From Octopus vulgaris (Eukaryota), in assembly GCA_951406725.2 (NCBI GenBank), contig OX597819.1, positions 96,534,001 to 96,598,000 on the forward strand: 64,000 nucleotides of DNA, written 5' to 3'. Of this stretch, positions 43,277-57,041 are shown in pieces. Numbering within the stretch: position 1 is the stretch's first letter; each line of letters opens with the position of its first letter. Position numbers and translations under genes: made by a program. The notes under the pieces were generated by a model. That model was not told the origin of the DNA. It was given only the letters and a program-made list of their open reading frames with translations, and did not search any database.

Positions 43277-44046
43277 GGCGGTGAGCTGGCAGAAACGTTA
43301 GCACGCCGGACGAAATGCCTAGCGGTATTTTGTCTGCCGTTACGTTGTGAGTTCAAATTCCGCCGAGGTCGACTTTGCCTTTCATCCTTTCGGGGTCGAT
43401 AAATTAGGTACCAGTTACGCACTGGGGTCGATGTAATCGACTTAATACCTATGTCTGTCCTTGTTTGTCCCCTCTGTGTTTAGCCCTTTGTGGGTAATAA
43501 AGAAATAAATAGGTATTTCGTCTGCCGGTACGTTCTGAGTTCAAATTCCGCCGAGGTCGACTTTGCCTTTCATCCTTTCGGGGTCGATTAAATAAGTACC
43601 AGTTATGCACTTGGGTCGATATAATCGACTTAATCCGTTTGTCTGTCCTTGTTTGCTCTCTCTGTGTTTAGCCCCTTGTGGGTAGTAAAGAAATAGGTAT
43701 TTCATCTGCCGTTACGTTCAGAGTTCAAATTCCGCCGAGGTCGGCTTTGCCTTTCATCCTTTTGGGGTCGATTAAATAAGTACTGGAGTCGATATAATCG
43801 ACTTAATCTGTTTGTCTGTCCTTGTTTGTCCTCTCTGTGTTTAGCCCCTTGTGGGTAGTAAAGAAATAGGTATTTCGTCTGTCTTTACATATGAGTTCAA
43901 ATTTTACTGAGGTCAGCTTAGCCTTTCATCCTTTCGGGGTCGATAAATTAAACAACAGCTGTGTACTGGGGGTCGAGCTAATCGATCGACTGGTCCCCTC
44001 TCCAAAAATTTCGAGCCTTGTGCTTAGAGTAGAAAAGAAAAGAATA
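43277..44046 (+). mobile_element. multimeric SINE family B (one head, four units)
   Basis: Units start with GGTATTT at 43324, 43512, 43696 and 43869. Confidence 0.93.
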
Positions 44047-44589
44047 ACTACTACTACTACCACCACCACCACCACCATTACCACTACTAACACCACCACC
44101 AACAACAAGACCACTGCTATCACCACAACCAACAATGCAGCTACACTCTCTGTATGTGTATCAGTTACAGTAGATTGTTTCCATCATGAATAACTAGAGT
44201 AACAATAACATTCGTAAATAACAGTAATAACAGCAGTATGATCATTACCTAACATATCTCGTATTTATAATACGCGTTGTTTACTGTGTATTAACAATAC
44301 AGTAAATAGAGCTTATAAAAATACAAAGCCTGCGGTTTAGCTCTCACACGCACACATATAGACTTACACATACACACATACAAAGCAAAGCAGACACACA
44401 TACATCCACCCATACACGCACACAATCACAAATATTCTGACCGGTAAAATGCCATAACGAGTAATATACTGCTTGACTATATAAAAATATTGCCACACTA
44501 TTACTAATACTGTGTGCTCTTCTTTTCGTAGTTTATGGATAAGTAACTGATAATCTATATGTATGCATGCATGAAAATATACATGTAGT

Positions 44590-44691
44590 AGAGGCTATAG
44601 TAGAAGACACTTGCCCAAGGTGCCACGCAGTGGGACTGAACCCGGAACCATGTGGTTGGTAAACAAGCTACTTACCACACAGCCACTCCTG
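44590..44691 (-). mobile_element. SINE family A 5' fragment
   Basis: Close match to the family A head. Confidence 0.88.
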
Positions 44692-45759
44692 TATGTAAGT
44701 TTTATGTAAGTTCTTAGGAGAATACAAACCGGCCGCTAACAAAGCAACAAGACTTTTTGAGTCAAGAGAATTCTCGGTGTTTGTAAATATGTGGTTGAGT
44801 TGGTTTGTTGGTTGAATTGTGAAGCTTGCCAAATCCAAGTACAACTATTCACCTAAAAAATTTCAGATGGAGAATCTTTGGAATGTCACACAAATCTCCA
44901 TTGTACCACCAATAGTTTGAATGTGGAGAATGTGTGTCAGTTTCCTTAGCTCTTTCGTCGAAATAAACCTAGTATCTTTTTTAGTGTGCAGAATCTGTAT
45001 GTATGTATGTATGTATGTATGTATGTATGTATGTATGTATGTATGTATGTATGTATGTATGTATGTGTGTATGTATGTGTATATGTGTGTATGTATGTGT
45101 GCATGTGTGTGTATATGTGTATGTATATAGGTACGTATGTGTGTACGTATGTATGTGTGTATGTGTGTGTTTGAATGCATGTATGTATGTATATATGTAT
45201 GTATGTATATATGTATGTATGTAAGGATGGATGGATGGATGGATGGATGAATGAATGAGTAAACCTTTTCATAATACGTATATAACTATGTAAGTTGGAA
45301 TCAGCAACGGAAATAATAAATATTAAAACGTTATGATAATAGTTGCTGTGGCCGTATATAATTATTATGTGTCAGCGATGTTCAGAAGTGGCTGAAAAAA
45401 CAGCTTTCCCAACGACATGAGGTGAAAATTAGATGAACTGTCAGTTGCCCAAATAAAAACAGAAATGTCAGTTTGATGCTGACGTCATAGTCTCTGACAG
45501 ACAGTTCAAGGTAATTGGTTATGTCGGCCGCCGCAAGAATTCTGCCGGATATACACCACTAAACGACAACATCAACGCAGATTTTGGTATCTCTGTCAGA
45601 ATTAGTTCAGCCCCCTCATGGCACATCATAACCATCACTGTTGTGAACATTTGTATAACAATGTTTTATTTAAATAGCAATCGTAGCTTAGAGATAAATC
45701 CTCAGCTGTTGAGCTCGCAGTCGTAGAGTTTACTGCCTCACACGCAAAGAAGTGGTAAG

Positions 45760-46290
45760 GTCTTCCTTGTAGAGTAGAGAACTGTTTCGGCTGTGGAGTA
45801 GAGGTAAAGTCGGGCTTGTAGATTAGAAGTAAGTCTAAGTTATAGGGGGACAAGGAGACACATGTAGAGTAGAGGTAAAGTCTCGCTTTCTGGATGGAGT
45901 TAAGGTTACTGTCGTAGAGATAAAATCTTATTTGTGGAGTGGAGGTAAGGTCTCAGTTATAGAATAGAGGTAAAGTCTCACCTGTTGAGTTGAGGTAAGT
46001 AGCAGATGTAGAGCAGAGATAAAGCCTTCTTTGTTGAATGGAGACAAGGTTCTAGATGTCGAATAGAAGTAAAGATATAAATTAGGACGGTAACATACCT
46101 TTTCTTCATAGATGTAAAATATACATTATAGAGCAGAGGCAGTGTGATGCTTGTAGAGTAGCGTAAATTCTCTCTAGTTGAGTGTAAGTAAGGTCTGAGC
46201 AGGAGTAAAGTCTCAGATGCAAAGTAGAGGTAAGGATTCGGTTGTAGAGTTGAGGTGAGCTGTCTGATGTAGAGTTTTATTCTCAGTTCT
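45760..46290. repeat. degenerate ~27-bp minisatellite (TGTAGAGTAGAGGTAAAGTCTCA-like)
   Basis: GAGTAGAGGTAA variants recur with regular spacing. Confidence 0.8.
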
Positions 46291-46455
46291 GATGTTGATC
46301 TAACTTCCCAAACACAGACGATTGATATAGTTACAGCTGCTATAAAATTTCTTCACTAGTTTGGATTGTTCTACGTTTCATTGACTGAAACAAGTAAACG
46401 AAACATGAAAGAAAATTAGTCATTCAGTTCTATATTTAAGAGATGAGGAATTGTG

Positions 46456-46621
46456 TACATTATTTACATTATTTACATTCGACGGATATTTGTCCTCATC
46501 TTGTTTTGTTGTTAACACAACGTTTCGGCTGATATACTCTCCAGCCTTCTTCAGGTGTTGTGTTAACAACAAACAAGATGAGGACAAATATCCATCGAAT
46601 GTAAATAATGTAGATAATGTA
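46456..46621. repeat. ~65-bp inverted repeat enclosing a hammerhead core (PLE pLTR)
   Basis: Arms at 46456-46521 and 46557-46621 differ by a few substitutions and one indel. Confidence 0.9.
46514..46559 (-). ncRNA. minimal type I hammerhead ribozyme
   Basis: Minus strand: aacac-CTGAAGA-a-ggctg..cagcc-GAAAC-GTT-gtgtt. Confidence 0.85.
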
Positions 46622-47117
46622 AAATTAGTCATTGTTTTAGTTTAATTCTTGAACGGTCGTGATTGAATAAACCTGTGGTCAAAATACTGTGTTCCAGCCG
46701 TAAACAACCCGCCTTCTTTTTTAACAACAATATAGGTTATATGTCTGTAGAATTGTAAAGTGTGATTTGAGGAAAATTAGGTTTTTACTTTTAGCTTGTC
46801 GTACAGTTATGTAGCGGCTCCCTTCATTGATCTTATCAATGCTGATTGGATAATCAAGCATCGATTAACAATAGTGGAAATAATACTTCCACGCTTTCAA
46901 AACATTTAATATATCTGCAGAATGCGGTGCAAAACATCAAACGTTCTGGGTCAATACATTGACAAGCTCATATACATCACAAGAACACATGATAACTGAC
47001 ATGGGTACATATACATACTGACATGCATACATACAAATATACATACACATACACATAAATACAAACATACATATTTACATATATTTATGTGTGTGTGTGT
47101 ATGTATGTATATATATC

Positions 47118-47187
<70 letters not shown>

Positions 47188-47430
47188 GTATATATATATG
47201 TATATATATATATATATGTATGTATATAATATATAAATATACCTACATACATATATATGTATATATATGAATAGCATGTGTGTATTATATGTATATTTGC
47301 GTGTATATATATATATGCATGCATATAATATATATATACGTGCATAGATAAATATCTATGTATATATATGTAGAGTATGTATGTATTATATGTATATGTG
47401 TGCGTGTATATATATGTGTGTGTGTATATA

Positions 47431-47463
<33 letters not shown>

Positions 47464-47470
47464 CTATCTA

Positions 47471-47510
<40 letters not shown>

Positions 47511-47898
47511 TTACTGCTAAAGGGCGCATAATAACGATAATAGCGGTATTAGCGATAATTATACCACAGCTGGAAATTGATTGCTGATGAGAGTAGGGAA
47601 TAAACCCCCTTCCTTTTAGCCGACAGGTGGCGTGACTGAAGGAGGACGACACAGCCGGAAACCGATGACCAGCTCCAAAGGGAGATACTCCCCATTGTTT
47701 ATATCTGTATCGTTTTCCCCTCCATATTTTAAAGGGGTCATAGGCCACAATGTCTCAAGGTTTGAAAATACGCCATAAAAGTATCCTTTCTGGTTAGAAA
47801 CCCTGGATAACCCTATAAACCGGTCTTCACCAGTAATTAATATAGAGTGTTCGACTTCTTAAAGAGTGCTTCTTCTCCGGATTTATGTTTATCCTGTA

Positions 47899-48402
<504 letters not shown>

Positions 48403-48414
48403 ATATATATATGT

Positions 48415-49025
48415 ATTTTTTTCGTGAACTCTTCCCCTATATATATATATACATACACGCGCATAAATATAAACGTACGTACGTGCATACATAACAGATA
48501 TATATATATATATATATATATAGGGGGAGAGTTCACGAAAAAAACAAAAGACGAAGACGGGTGGTGTACAAAACAAACAGATGTATTAGTACAACGCTCA
48601 GGAATTGAAAAAGTCTTTTACGTTTCGAGCCTACGCTCTTCGACAGAAAGGAATACAGAAAGAAACAAGAAGAGAAAAAAATGTGTGTAGTGGCTACCGA
48701 TCTATCATGGCGACTGCCGGACAGAAGGGTCACACAGGAGTGCGAAGAAGTAGGGCAGATAACAAAGTAAAGATGATCCCCAAAACGAAGGTGCGTGTAT
48801 ATATAAGAGAGTACGTATGTGCGTGTGAAAGAGGGCTGGTGGTCTTGACGTGTGCGTGTGTGTATGTGTATGTGTGAAAATGTGGGGATGGGAATTGGTC
48901 AGTGCTGGTGTATGGGTGGTGTGTTGTGATATGATGTGTAGTGTGGTATGGTGTAGTGTGGTGTGGTATACCTATACATACACGCGCATAAATATAAACG
49001 TACGTACGTGCATACATAACGGATG
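48415..49025 (-). mobile_element. PLE pLTR with short inverted end and duplicated segment
   Basis: TTCGTGAACTCTTCCCCTA (about 48421) is inverted against TAGGGGGAGAGTTCACGAA (about 48521); 48449-48498 is repeated at about 48974-49021; homologous to 31580-31725. Confidence 0.7.
48615..48650 (-). ncRNA. minimal hammerhead motif, A6U core variant
   Basis: Minus strand: cttt-CTGTCGA-a-gagc-gtag-gctc-GAAAC-GTA-aaag. Confidence 0.62.
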
Positions 49026-49624
49026 CATACACATAATTTTTAATGAGCCAACAAAAGAGTATCTTCGCCATCACTCAATTTAGACGATGTAGCATATCGC
49101 CAAATAAGCATCAAGTGACATCCAGCCATCGTAAAATAAATTTTAAAAAAGGAATCTATGACGTAAAATAGTATTGGATGTACATTTAAAATTATCAGGA
49201 AGGTCACGGTTAAAAGATATTGGGTTATAGTTCTGCTCAGCCAAGATTAAACCTGCTGATAAACATCAATGCAGATTTAATACAAAACATGAGAAATATG
49301 GTAAATTACACCCTCCATACCCACATACTGATCACTTATAGTTTTTGCCAACTGAGTAGAACATTATTCACTGAGGAGGTCTAATAAAACCGAAACATTG
49401 CCATTGATTTCATCAGCTGGCTTTAAACATCAGATTCAATTCCAGACTACATTTACTTTATCTGCCAAAATTTCAGTTCAAAAACTTTATTGAAGGATCT
49501 TCCTTCTCTTGCTGTGCTTCTTTTTTTTAGGTTTCAAACAGGTCTATTCGAATATTTTATTTAGTAATTGCGTAGATACTCTCATTTAACTGAAATTCAT
49601 TACATTGCACATGCAGACCTACAT

Positions 49625-49702
<78 letters not shown>

Positions 49703-49727
49703 TATATGTGTGTGTATTTGTGTGTGC

Positions 49728-49763
<36 letters not shown>

Positions 49764-49813
49764 TATATATATGTATATATCTGTATATATATATATATGT
49801 ATATATATACGTG

Positions 49814-49858
<45 letters not shown>

Positions 49859-50440
49859 CTGTGTGTGCGTGTGTGTGTATACATACAGTTATACGTACAC
49901 ACACATACACACACTCACGCACACACACATATACATATATATAGACACATTTGTGTACGTTATGTATGTGTATATATTTGTGTAAACGTGTGTGAATGAG
50001 TCAGAGTATGTTTGTGTATGAAACTGCATGATTTCAGCTGTTCACTTGTGTCAAAATGTCATAAAATGTGACATATATTTAGTCCATAACCCAATCACCT
50101 TCCTTGTTCTCTCTCCCACCCCTAACTCAGACCATTTACCCGGGGTGGTTTAATGTTCCCATCTCATGTCTAAATGTAAACTTTCTCATTTAATCTTCAT
50201 TTCTGGTCGATCTGGTTCTACAAGTGAGGAATGGATTTTGTTCTGTTAACTATACTGAGACACACAGAAATTGTATGACTGTGAAGGAAGGTGATTGTGA
50301 GGTGGAAATGGAGGTGGTGGGGTTACTGCAGCTATTAATGCTTTTGGTAGTAGTAGTGGTGGCAGTTGTGGTGGTGGTGGTGGTGGTAGTGATGGTGTTG
50401 ATGTTGATAGTGGTGTTGCTGTTGATGGTGTTAGTGGTGG

Positions 50441-50531
<91 letters not shown>

Positions 50532-50986
50532 GGTGATGGTGGTGGTTTTGGTGGAGGAGTGGTGGTGGTAGTGGTGGTTGTAATGATAGCAGTGGTGTTG
50601 TTAGTAGTGGTGATGGTGGTGGTTGTAGTAGTAGTAGTAGTAGTAAAGATGGTAGCAATATTGGTAAAAGTGGCGATAGGGGTGGTAAAGGTGTTTGTGG
50701 CGGTGTTGCTATTTTTTGTTGTTGTTTTCGCTTAGCCCCAGGACAGCCATAATCGAGTTCTATGATCAACAACGATTATTAACCAATTTGTCCTTCCTTC
50801 TTGAAGGACAGTAAGATATAATTCGAAGTACACGGCGTTGCGATGTATGTTAAACCTAGTTACCATGAAAAGGTCTCCATCGTTGGCCCCTACGTACATA
50901 CATACATACATACACAGATAGTTACAAATATATTCCTACTTCCATATATACATACACACAGGTATGTATATAAATGTGCATATATA

Positions 50987-51320
50987 CAGGATGCGGTGGG
51001 TAAATTGTCACCATTTTATATTTTTAATTTTGCGTGTGCACATTGCATTGTTTCTGATTTTGTCGACTACACAGTATGGTAGGGTCAGGTGGGCACCGTC
51101 TGTGAGAAAAATAGCACCATGACGCAATTCACTCTGCCAGAAATTTGAAAACGACACGCTGTACTGTTTGGCATTCGCGCCGAAAGATCCAATACGAACA
51201 TTTCGGAGTGTTTGAATGTCAATCTGAGGACAGTGCAATCAAAGGACATGTACCGAGAGAGAAAAAACATCAAACATCCAGTCAACATCATGGCGTTTGT
51301 AGTGATCACTAGTGATGGTG
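50987..51320 (+). mobile_element. 5' part of the same maT deletion derivative
   Basis: TA + CAGGATGCGGTGGGTAAATTGTCACCATTTT TIR; homologous to the reverse complement of 19620-19956. Confidence 0.88.
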
Positions 51321-51562
51321 TTTATAGGCTATTTAAAAACACACAAAAACCGTTATTCACTTCAACATTTAAATTTAATTTGTCAAAATATTTTCATCAC
51401 TTTGAAACCACGGCCTTGTCTATGTATGTATGTCATTATTCTGTTTATTTCAAGATTTCTTGCCCGTAGAGAAAGAACCGGTTTCTAACCTAGATTCAAG
51501 TTTACTTCATTGGAATTTCAGCATCAGCAACATACATAAATATATGCATGTGTGTGTGTCTG

Positions 51563-51596
<34 letters not shown>

Positions 51597-51739
51597 TGTA
51601 TGTATGTATGTATGTATGTATGTATGTATGTATGTATGTATGTATGTATGTACGTACGTATGTATGTATGCATTTATGTATGTGTAGATAGATAGACGGA
51701 TGGACGTATGGACAGATGGATGGATACCATTTTATATTT

Positions 51740-51950
51740 TACCTTTGACTTCTCTCAGTTATTTGACTGCAGCCATGCTGGAGCATCGCCTTTTAAGGTT
51801 TTAGTTGAACAAGTCGACACCGGGAATTTTTCTAAGCCTACTACTTTTTCTATCATTTTCTTTTGCCTAACCGCTAGGTTACGAGGAAGTAAACACACCA
51901 ACACCGGTTGTGACGCGGTGGTAGGGGGCAAACATAGACGCAAAGACACA
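51740..51950 (-). mobile_element. SINE family A 3' half
   Basis: Diverged match to the family A tail region. Confidence 0.8.
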
Positions 51951-51961
51951 TATTAGGTATA

Positions 51962-52290
51962 GGAGCACTCCGTCGGTTACGACGACGAGGATCCCAGCTG
52001 ATACGATCAACGGAACAGCCTGTTCATGAAATTAACGTGCAAGTGACTGAGCAATCCACAGACACGCATACCCCTAACGTAGTTCTCAGGGAGATTCAGC
52101 GTGACACAGAATGTGACAAGGCTGGCCCCTTGAAATACACGTACAACTCATTTTTGCCAGCTGAGTGGACTGGAGCAACGTGAAATAAAGTGTCTTGCTC
52201 AAGGACACAACAGGTTGCCGGGAATCGAACTCACGACCTTACAATCGTGAGCCGAATGCCCTAACCACTAAACCATGCACCTTCACATAT
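51962..52290 (-). mobile_element. tRNA-derived SINE family D (CORE-like) with 12-bp TSD
   Basis: TGGTTTAGTGG / GAGTTCGATTCC boxes, TGTGTCCTTGAGCAAGACACTT; flanked by ATATTAGGTATA. Confidence 0.92.
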
Positions 52291-52369
52291 ATATTAGGTA
52301 TATATGTATTAGGTATATATACCTAACACACACACACATACACGCACATATATATATATATATTTATTT

Positions 52370-52617
52370 TTTTATTCTTATATTCTTTTATTTGTTCCAG
52401 TCATTTTGACTGCAGCCATGCTGGAGCACCGCTTTTAGTCGAACAAATCGACCCTAGAACTTATTCTTTGTAAGGCCAGTACTTATTCTATCAGTCTATT
52501 TTGCCGATCCGCTACGTTACGGGGACGTGAACACACCAACATCGGTTGTCAAGTGATGGTGATGGTGGTGGTGGTGGGACAAACACACACATACACACAC
52601 ACACATATATATATATA

Positions 52618-52678
<61 letters not shown>

Positions 52679-52685
52679 ATATATA

Positions 52686-52735
<50 letters not shown>

Positions 52736-52910
52736 TATATATACGACAGGCTTCTTTCAATTTCCGTCTACCAAATCCACTCATAATGCTTTCGGCGCCC
52801 TGAGACTATAGTAGAAAATACTTGTTCAAGGTGCTGTCACGCAGTGGAACTAAACCCAGAACCATGTGGACGGGAAGCAAGCTTTTTCCCATACACCTAC
52901 CTCTGCGCCT
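52370..52910 (-). mobile_element. SINE family A
   Basis: Full length with a long internal microsatellite. Confidence 0.9.
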
Positions 52911-53213
52911 ACATACAGTCATAAAACAGTAGTTTGAGGGAGAACTAGCTGAAATTTTAAACGTGTCGAACGACAACGTGAAGTTCCCTCATTGGCTTAT
53001 AACGAATACATTGTTCTTGGGGGTTGCGGTTGTAGTCGTTGTCATTGTATATGCTTCCGTCTCTTTTGTTGTTGGTGTTTCTTTTGTTTTGGCCATGTGT
53101 GTCGAAATGATTGTATGTAGGGCTTTATATATATATATATGCCTATATGTATTTACGTGTGCGTGTATGTGTGTGTATATGTGTGTGTATGTGTATGTGA
53201 GAGTGTGTGTGTG

Positions 53214-53358
53214 TGTGGTAAGAAGTTAGCTTCCCAAAACATGCTTCCGGCTTCAGTCCCACTGCGTGACATCTTGGGCATGTGCCTTCTACTATAGCCT
53301 TGGGCCGACCAAAGCCTTATCAGTGAGTTTAATAGACAGAAACTGAAAGAAGCTTGTC

Positions 53359-53413
<55 letters not shown>

Positions 53414-53608
53414 GTGGAGGCGCAGTGGTGAGGCCAGCGAACTCGCGGTCTTAGGATCGCGGTTTCGATTCCTAGACCGGGCGTTGTGAGTGTTTATTGA
53501 GCGAAAACGCCTAAAGCTCCACGATGCTGGCGGTGAGCCACGCTGTACTCTTTCACCAAAACTTATTGTTAGTATATATATGATGTATGATATATATATA
53601 TGATGGAC

Positions 53609-53663
<55 letters not shown>

Positions 53664-54146
53664 GTGTGTCTGTGTCTGTGTGTTTGTGTCTGTTTGTATT
53701 GCTGAGACTCCCTTCAGTCATGACTGACCAACAAGTCCGAGCAAGGTTGTTTCTGGAAGACCACCAGTTGCCCATACCAGCCTCCCCTCTCCACGCTCCA
53801 AGAGAAAAGCAAAGACCGATACAAACTTGGCACCTGTGACTCATTTCTAAAGCTGAGTGAACTGGAGCAACATGAAATAAAGATTCCTAGACTGGGCGTT
53901 GTGAGTGTTTATTGAGGCTCCTGCAGGGGGTGGCGGATGCTGCTATACTGTTTCACCACAACTTTCTCTCACTCTTTCTTCCTGTTTCTATTGTACACTC
54001 TGTGTCACGCTGAATCTTACCGAGAAGTACGTTATGGGTACACGTGTCTGTGGAGTGCTCAGCCAATTACACGTTAATTTCACGAGCAGGCTGTTCCGTT
54101 GATTGGATCAACTAGAATCCTCGTCATCGTAACCGACGGTGTGCCG
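53214..54146. mobile_element. nest of SINE fragments: A head (53214-53360 +), C head (53414-53570 +), D variant (53700-53882 -), C body with D-type tail (53883-54146 +)
   Basis: Each segment matches other copies in this window. Confidence 0.8.
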
Positions 54147-54189
54147 TAGTAATATATATATATATATATATATATGATAATAATTATAA

Positions 54190-54600
54190 GCTTAAAGCGA
54201 TCGCTGTTTATTGACTAAAGAAAATAACATAATATTGGGGTATATAAGCCCTCGTCGGAAAAAATTGGGTAGCAAAAATTGGGTATTCAGCAAACACCAG
54301 AACATAGGCGGGTAAGACAGATGAAAATATATAAAAATCCAGAATTAATCGTAGACTGGTTATACGTGTTCATAGTTCTACCGATAACATTGAGGTTATT
54401 TTCAAATGTCTAAGTTCTGGCGCGCTAAATCTGATGTGATCTTCTAGCATATTGGATGTCCTCTTAGAGGTTATCCCCAAGTATACGCATGTATTACAAT
54501 TTTTTCTGAATTTTCAGATTTTTCTATATGCTAGGCTACTGGTTTTAAATTGATATTAATTAAATTAATGTTCAATTTATCACCCTCGTTATTTAAATTT
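54190..54600 (-). pseudogene. possible PLE GIY-YIG 3' remnant
   Basis: Minus strand CVYLGITSKRTSNMLEDHIR resembles YIGxTxRxLxxRxxEH; followed by a decayed CCGACGA-GGG..CCC motif. Confidence 0.4.
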
Positions 54601-55364
54601 TATATATATGAATAAATACTACATACTGGCAATGGTAGTTTCAGATAATTTGGCCGAATATAACCGTCTTAACGGTTAAATTCCCTGTGACTAAGGAGTG
54701 AAGTTGATAAAACCAGTTAAGATCCTATTGCCCTTAGGACCAAAACAACCTTAGTCAAGTGCACCAGCCGTGACATCCCATCTTTTCCCTATATACAGGG
54801 AATCCAGAACTAAATTATACAACGAGTCCATTTATTAAAAACTGGTTTAAGGGAGTCATGTTTACTATATCTAGCAAGTGTAGGGACTACATACAAGATC
54901 TCTGGTTTGTGGGAGTAAATTATGTAATTTTACTTGTGTATTATACAAACACAATACAGCCGTTGCCAGCACACTCTTCATAACTGCCACCGCCACCACC
55001 ATCAGCACCACTACCACTACCATTACCACCAACAACAACACTACCACCACCAGCCAATCTAGAGTGGCTTAGATACACATAATTTACTCTTCATTTCACA
55101 CGATCTATAAATATTGTACAATTAATTCCCCCACCACTTGCCTACGCATAAACGCACGCCTAATACCTACACCCAGCACCATGCTATATTAATGTGTGTA
55201 ACTATGTGTAAATGGTGTCTCTTTCACTTTCTGTCTGTCTCTCTCTCTCTCTTTCTCGCACATACACACATACATACACATAAATATCTATGTGAGTGTA
55301 TGTATAGAGTATATATATACATATATATAAATATGCATATACATACATGCACACACACACTCAC

Positions 55365-56448
55365 ACAAACATATATGTACGTACCGACATCTACATGTAT
55401 ATATACATGCATATATAAATATATAAACGTACGGGACACCGCCAAAAGACGTAAAACTCAACAGAAACGAAAACGGAAAAGCCATTTTTGTTACAACAGA
55501 AGGACAGAGACGTGGAACAGGACGAAAACGAAAACGGGAAAAACATTATGTACAGCAGAAAAAAGAGGTACAGGACATGCTACACAAGGAAAAAATCCCC
55601 TTCATCAGCTGTCACTAGCAGACATAGCGTGTTTCGAAGGCAAGACAGGACACGTCTGGTCATGCTAGGCCTTCCTACGAGAGAATTAAAATAAAATAAC
55701 CTCGCAGAGGGGTAAAAAGAGCAAGAAAAAATGTAACACAAAAAGGGACGTAACAAAGAACTGCACAAAAAAATACAAGAAAAAATACATACAAAAAAAA
55801 TACAAAATTAAAGATACATGTACAAGAAAATACAAGAAAATACAAAACGAGAAATAAATTACAATACGAGAAATCAAAATAAACAAGAGAACAAACGAAA
55901 AAGACGAACGAAGGCCTTTGTTCTGGCAGGGACGAGAGAGGTAACTGGCGAGCGCTGGGAAGTCATGACCTTAGGGCCTGAAGGCAACGTGCGAAAGGAT
56001 TAGCAGTGAAGAAAGTGAGGAGGAGTGGGAGAGAGAGAGAGACAGATAGAGGAAGACACGCGGCTGAGAGAAGGGTGAGGAAGAGGGAGAGAGAGAAAGA
56101 GAGAGGGGAAGGCAAAGCAAAGGGAGAGAATTTCGCGTCATAATATTAAACTATAAAACAAACTGGGAGGAAAGAGACGGGACGAAGTGAAAATTCGAAA
56201 AATCGAAAATTCGAAAATTCAAATGAACCCGACGCGAAGCGCTGTCAGACAATAGCGTAATAAATAAAATATATGCATACATACAAACATATATGTACGT
56301 ACCGACATCTACATGTATATATACATGCATATATAAATATATAAACGTATAGGACACCACCAAAAGACGTAAAACTCAACAGAAACGAAAACAGAAAAGC
56401 CATTTTTGTTACAACAGAAGGACAGAGACGTGGAACAGGACGAAAACG

Positions 56449-56450
<2 letters not shown>
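55365..56450 (-). mobile_element. non-coding PLE-like element with ~168-bp direct terminal repeats
   Basis: 55365-55532 is almost identical to 56283-56450; hammerhead-like motif at 55597-55641. Confidence 0.72.
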
Positions 56451-56495
<45 letters not shown>

Positions 56496-56498
56496 TAC

Positions 56499-56543
<45 letters not shown>

Positions 56544-56829
56544 CAACAATTGAGGGTAAAATTAATTAATTAATTATTAATCAATTTCACCAAGTGTTCA
56601 TATGTAAAGGGACCATTTAAGGCGAATTCAAATTATTACAGTATATAAAAGGGCTTAGTAAAATAAATTACTTTGCCACATACTGAACTCATTAGAAATA
56701 GCAGCTAAAAAAAACTTTTTAAAACTATTTCTAATACTTAAAGAAAATCTCTCTCATATAGTGCTTGCTCAATTCAACTCACGAAAGTATTGGGGTAAAG
56801 ACATTAAAAAATCAAATGCAAAGGTTATT

Positions 56830-56882
56830 TGAGAACGTACGTTTCAAGATTAGTCAAACTCGACATTTCTATCATCAGCTCA
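56830..56882 (-). ncRNA. type I hammerhead ribozyme
   Basis: Minus strand: tgag-CTGATGA-t-aga..gtc..gac..tct-t-GAAA-cgtacg-TT-ctca; palindromic stem III, GUU site. Confidence 0.8.
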
Positions 56883-57041
56883 GAACTCCTTGGTTTGGAT
56901 TTGAAAACACTGAAAGTGGGAGCATACCCTTTCGGCTTCCTATCGCTTCTGAAGATCTGCTCGAAACTAACAGTGCCAGCATACCCAAAAATGCAAGCGA
57001 GGAATTTCTGCTCTCCCCTTTCCACCATATATATATATATA

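Noticed and set aside
43277-44046. Regularly spaced repeats suggestive of a CRISPR array
   Set aside because: Whole ~180-bp units are homologous with no unique spacers; eukaryotic SINE context and no cas genes.
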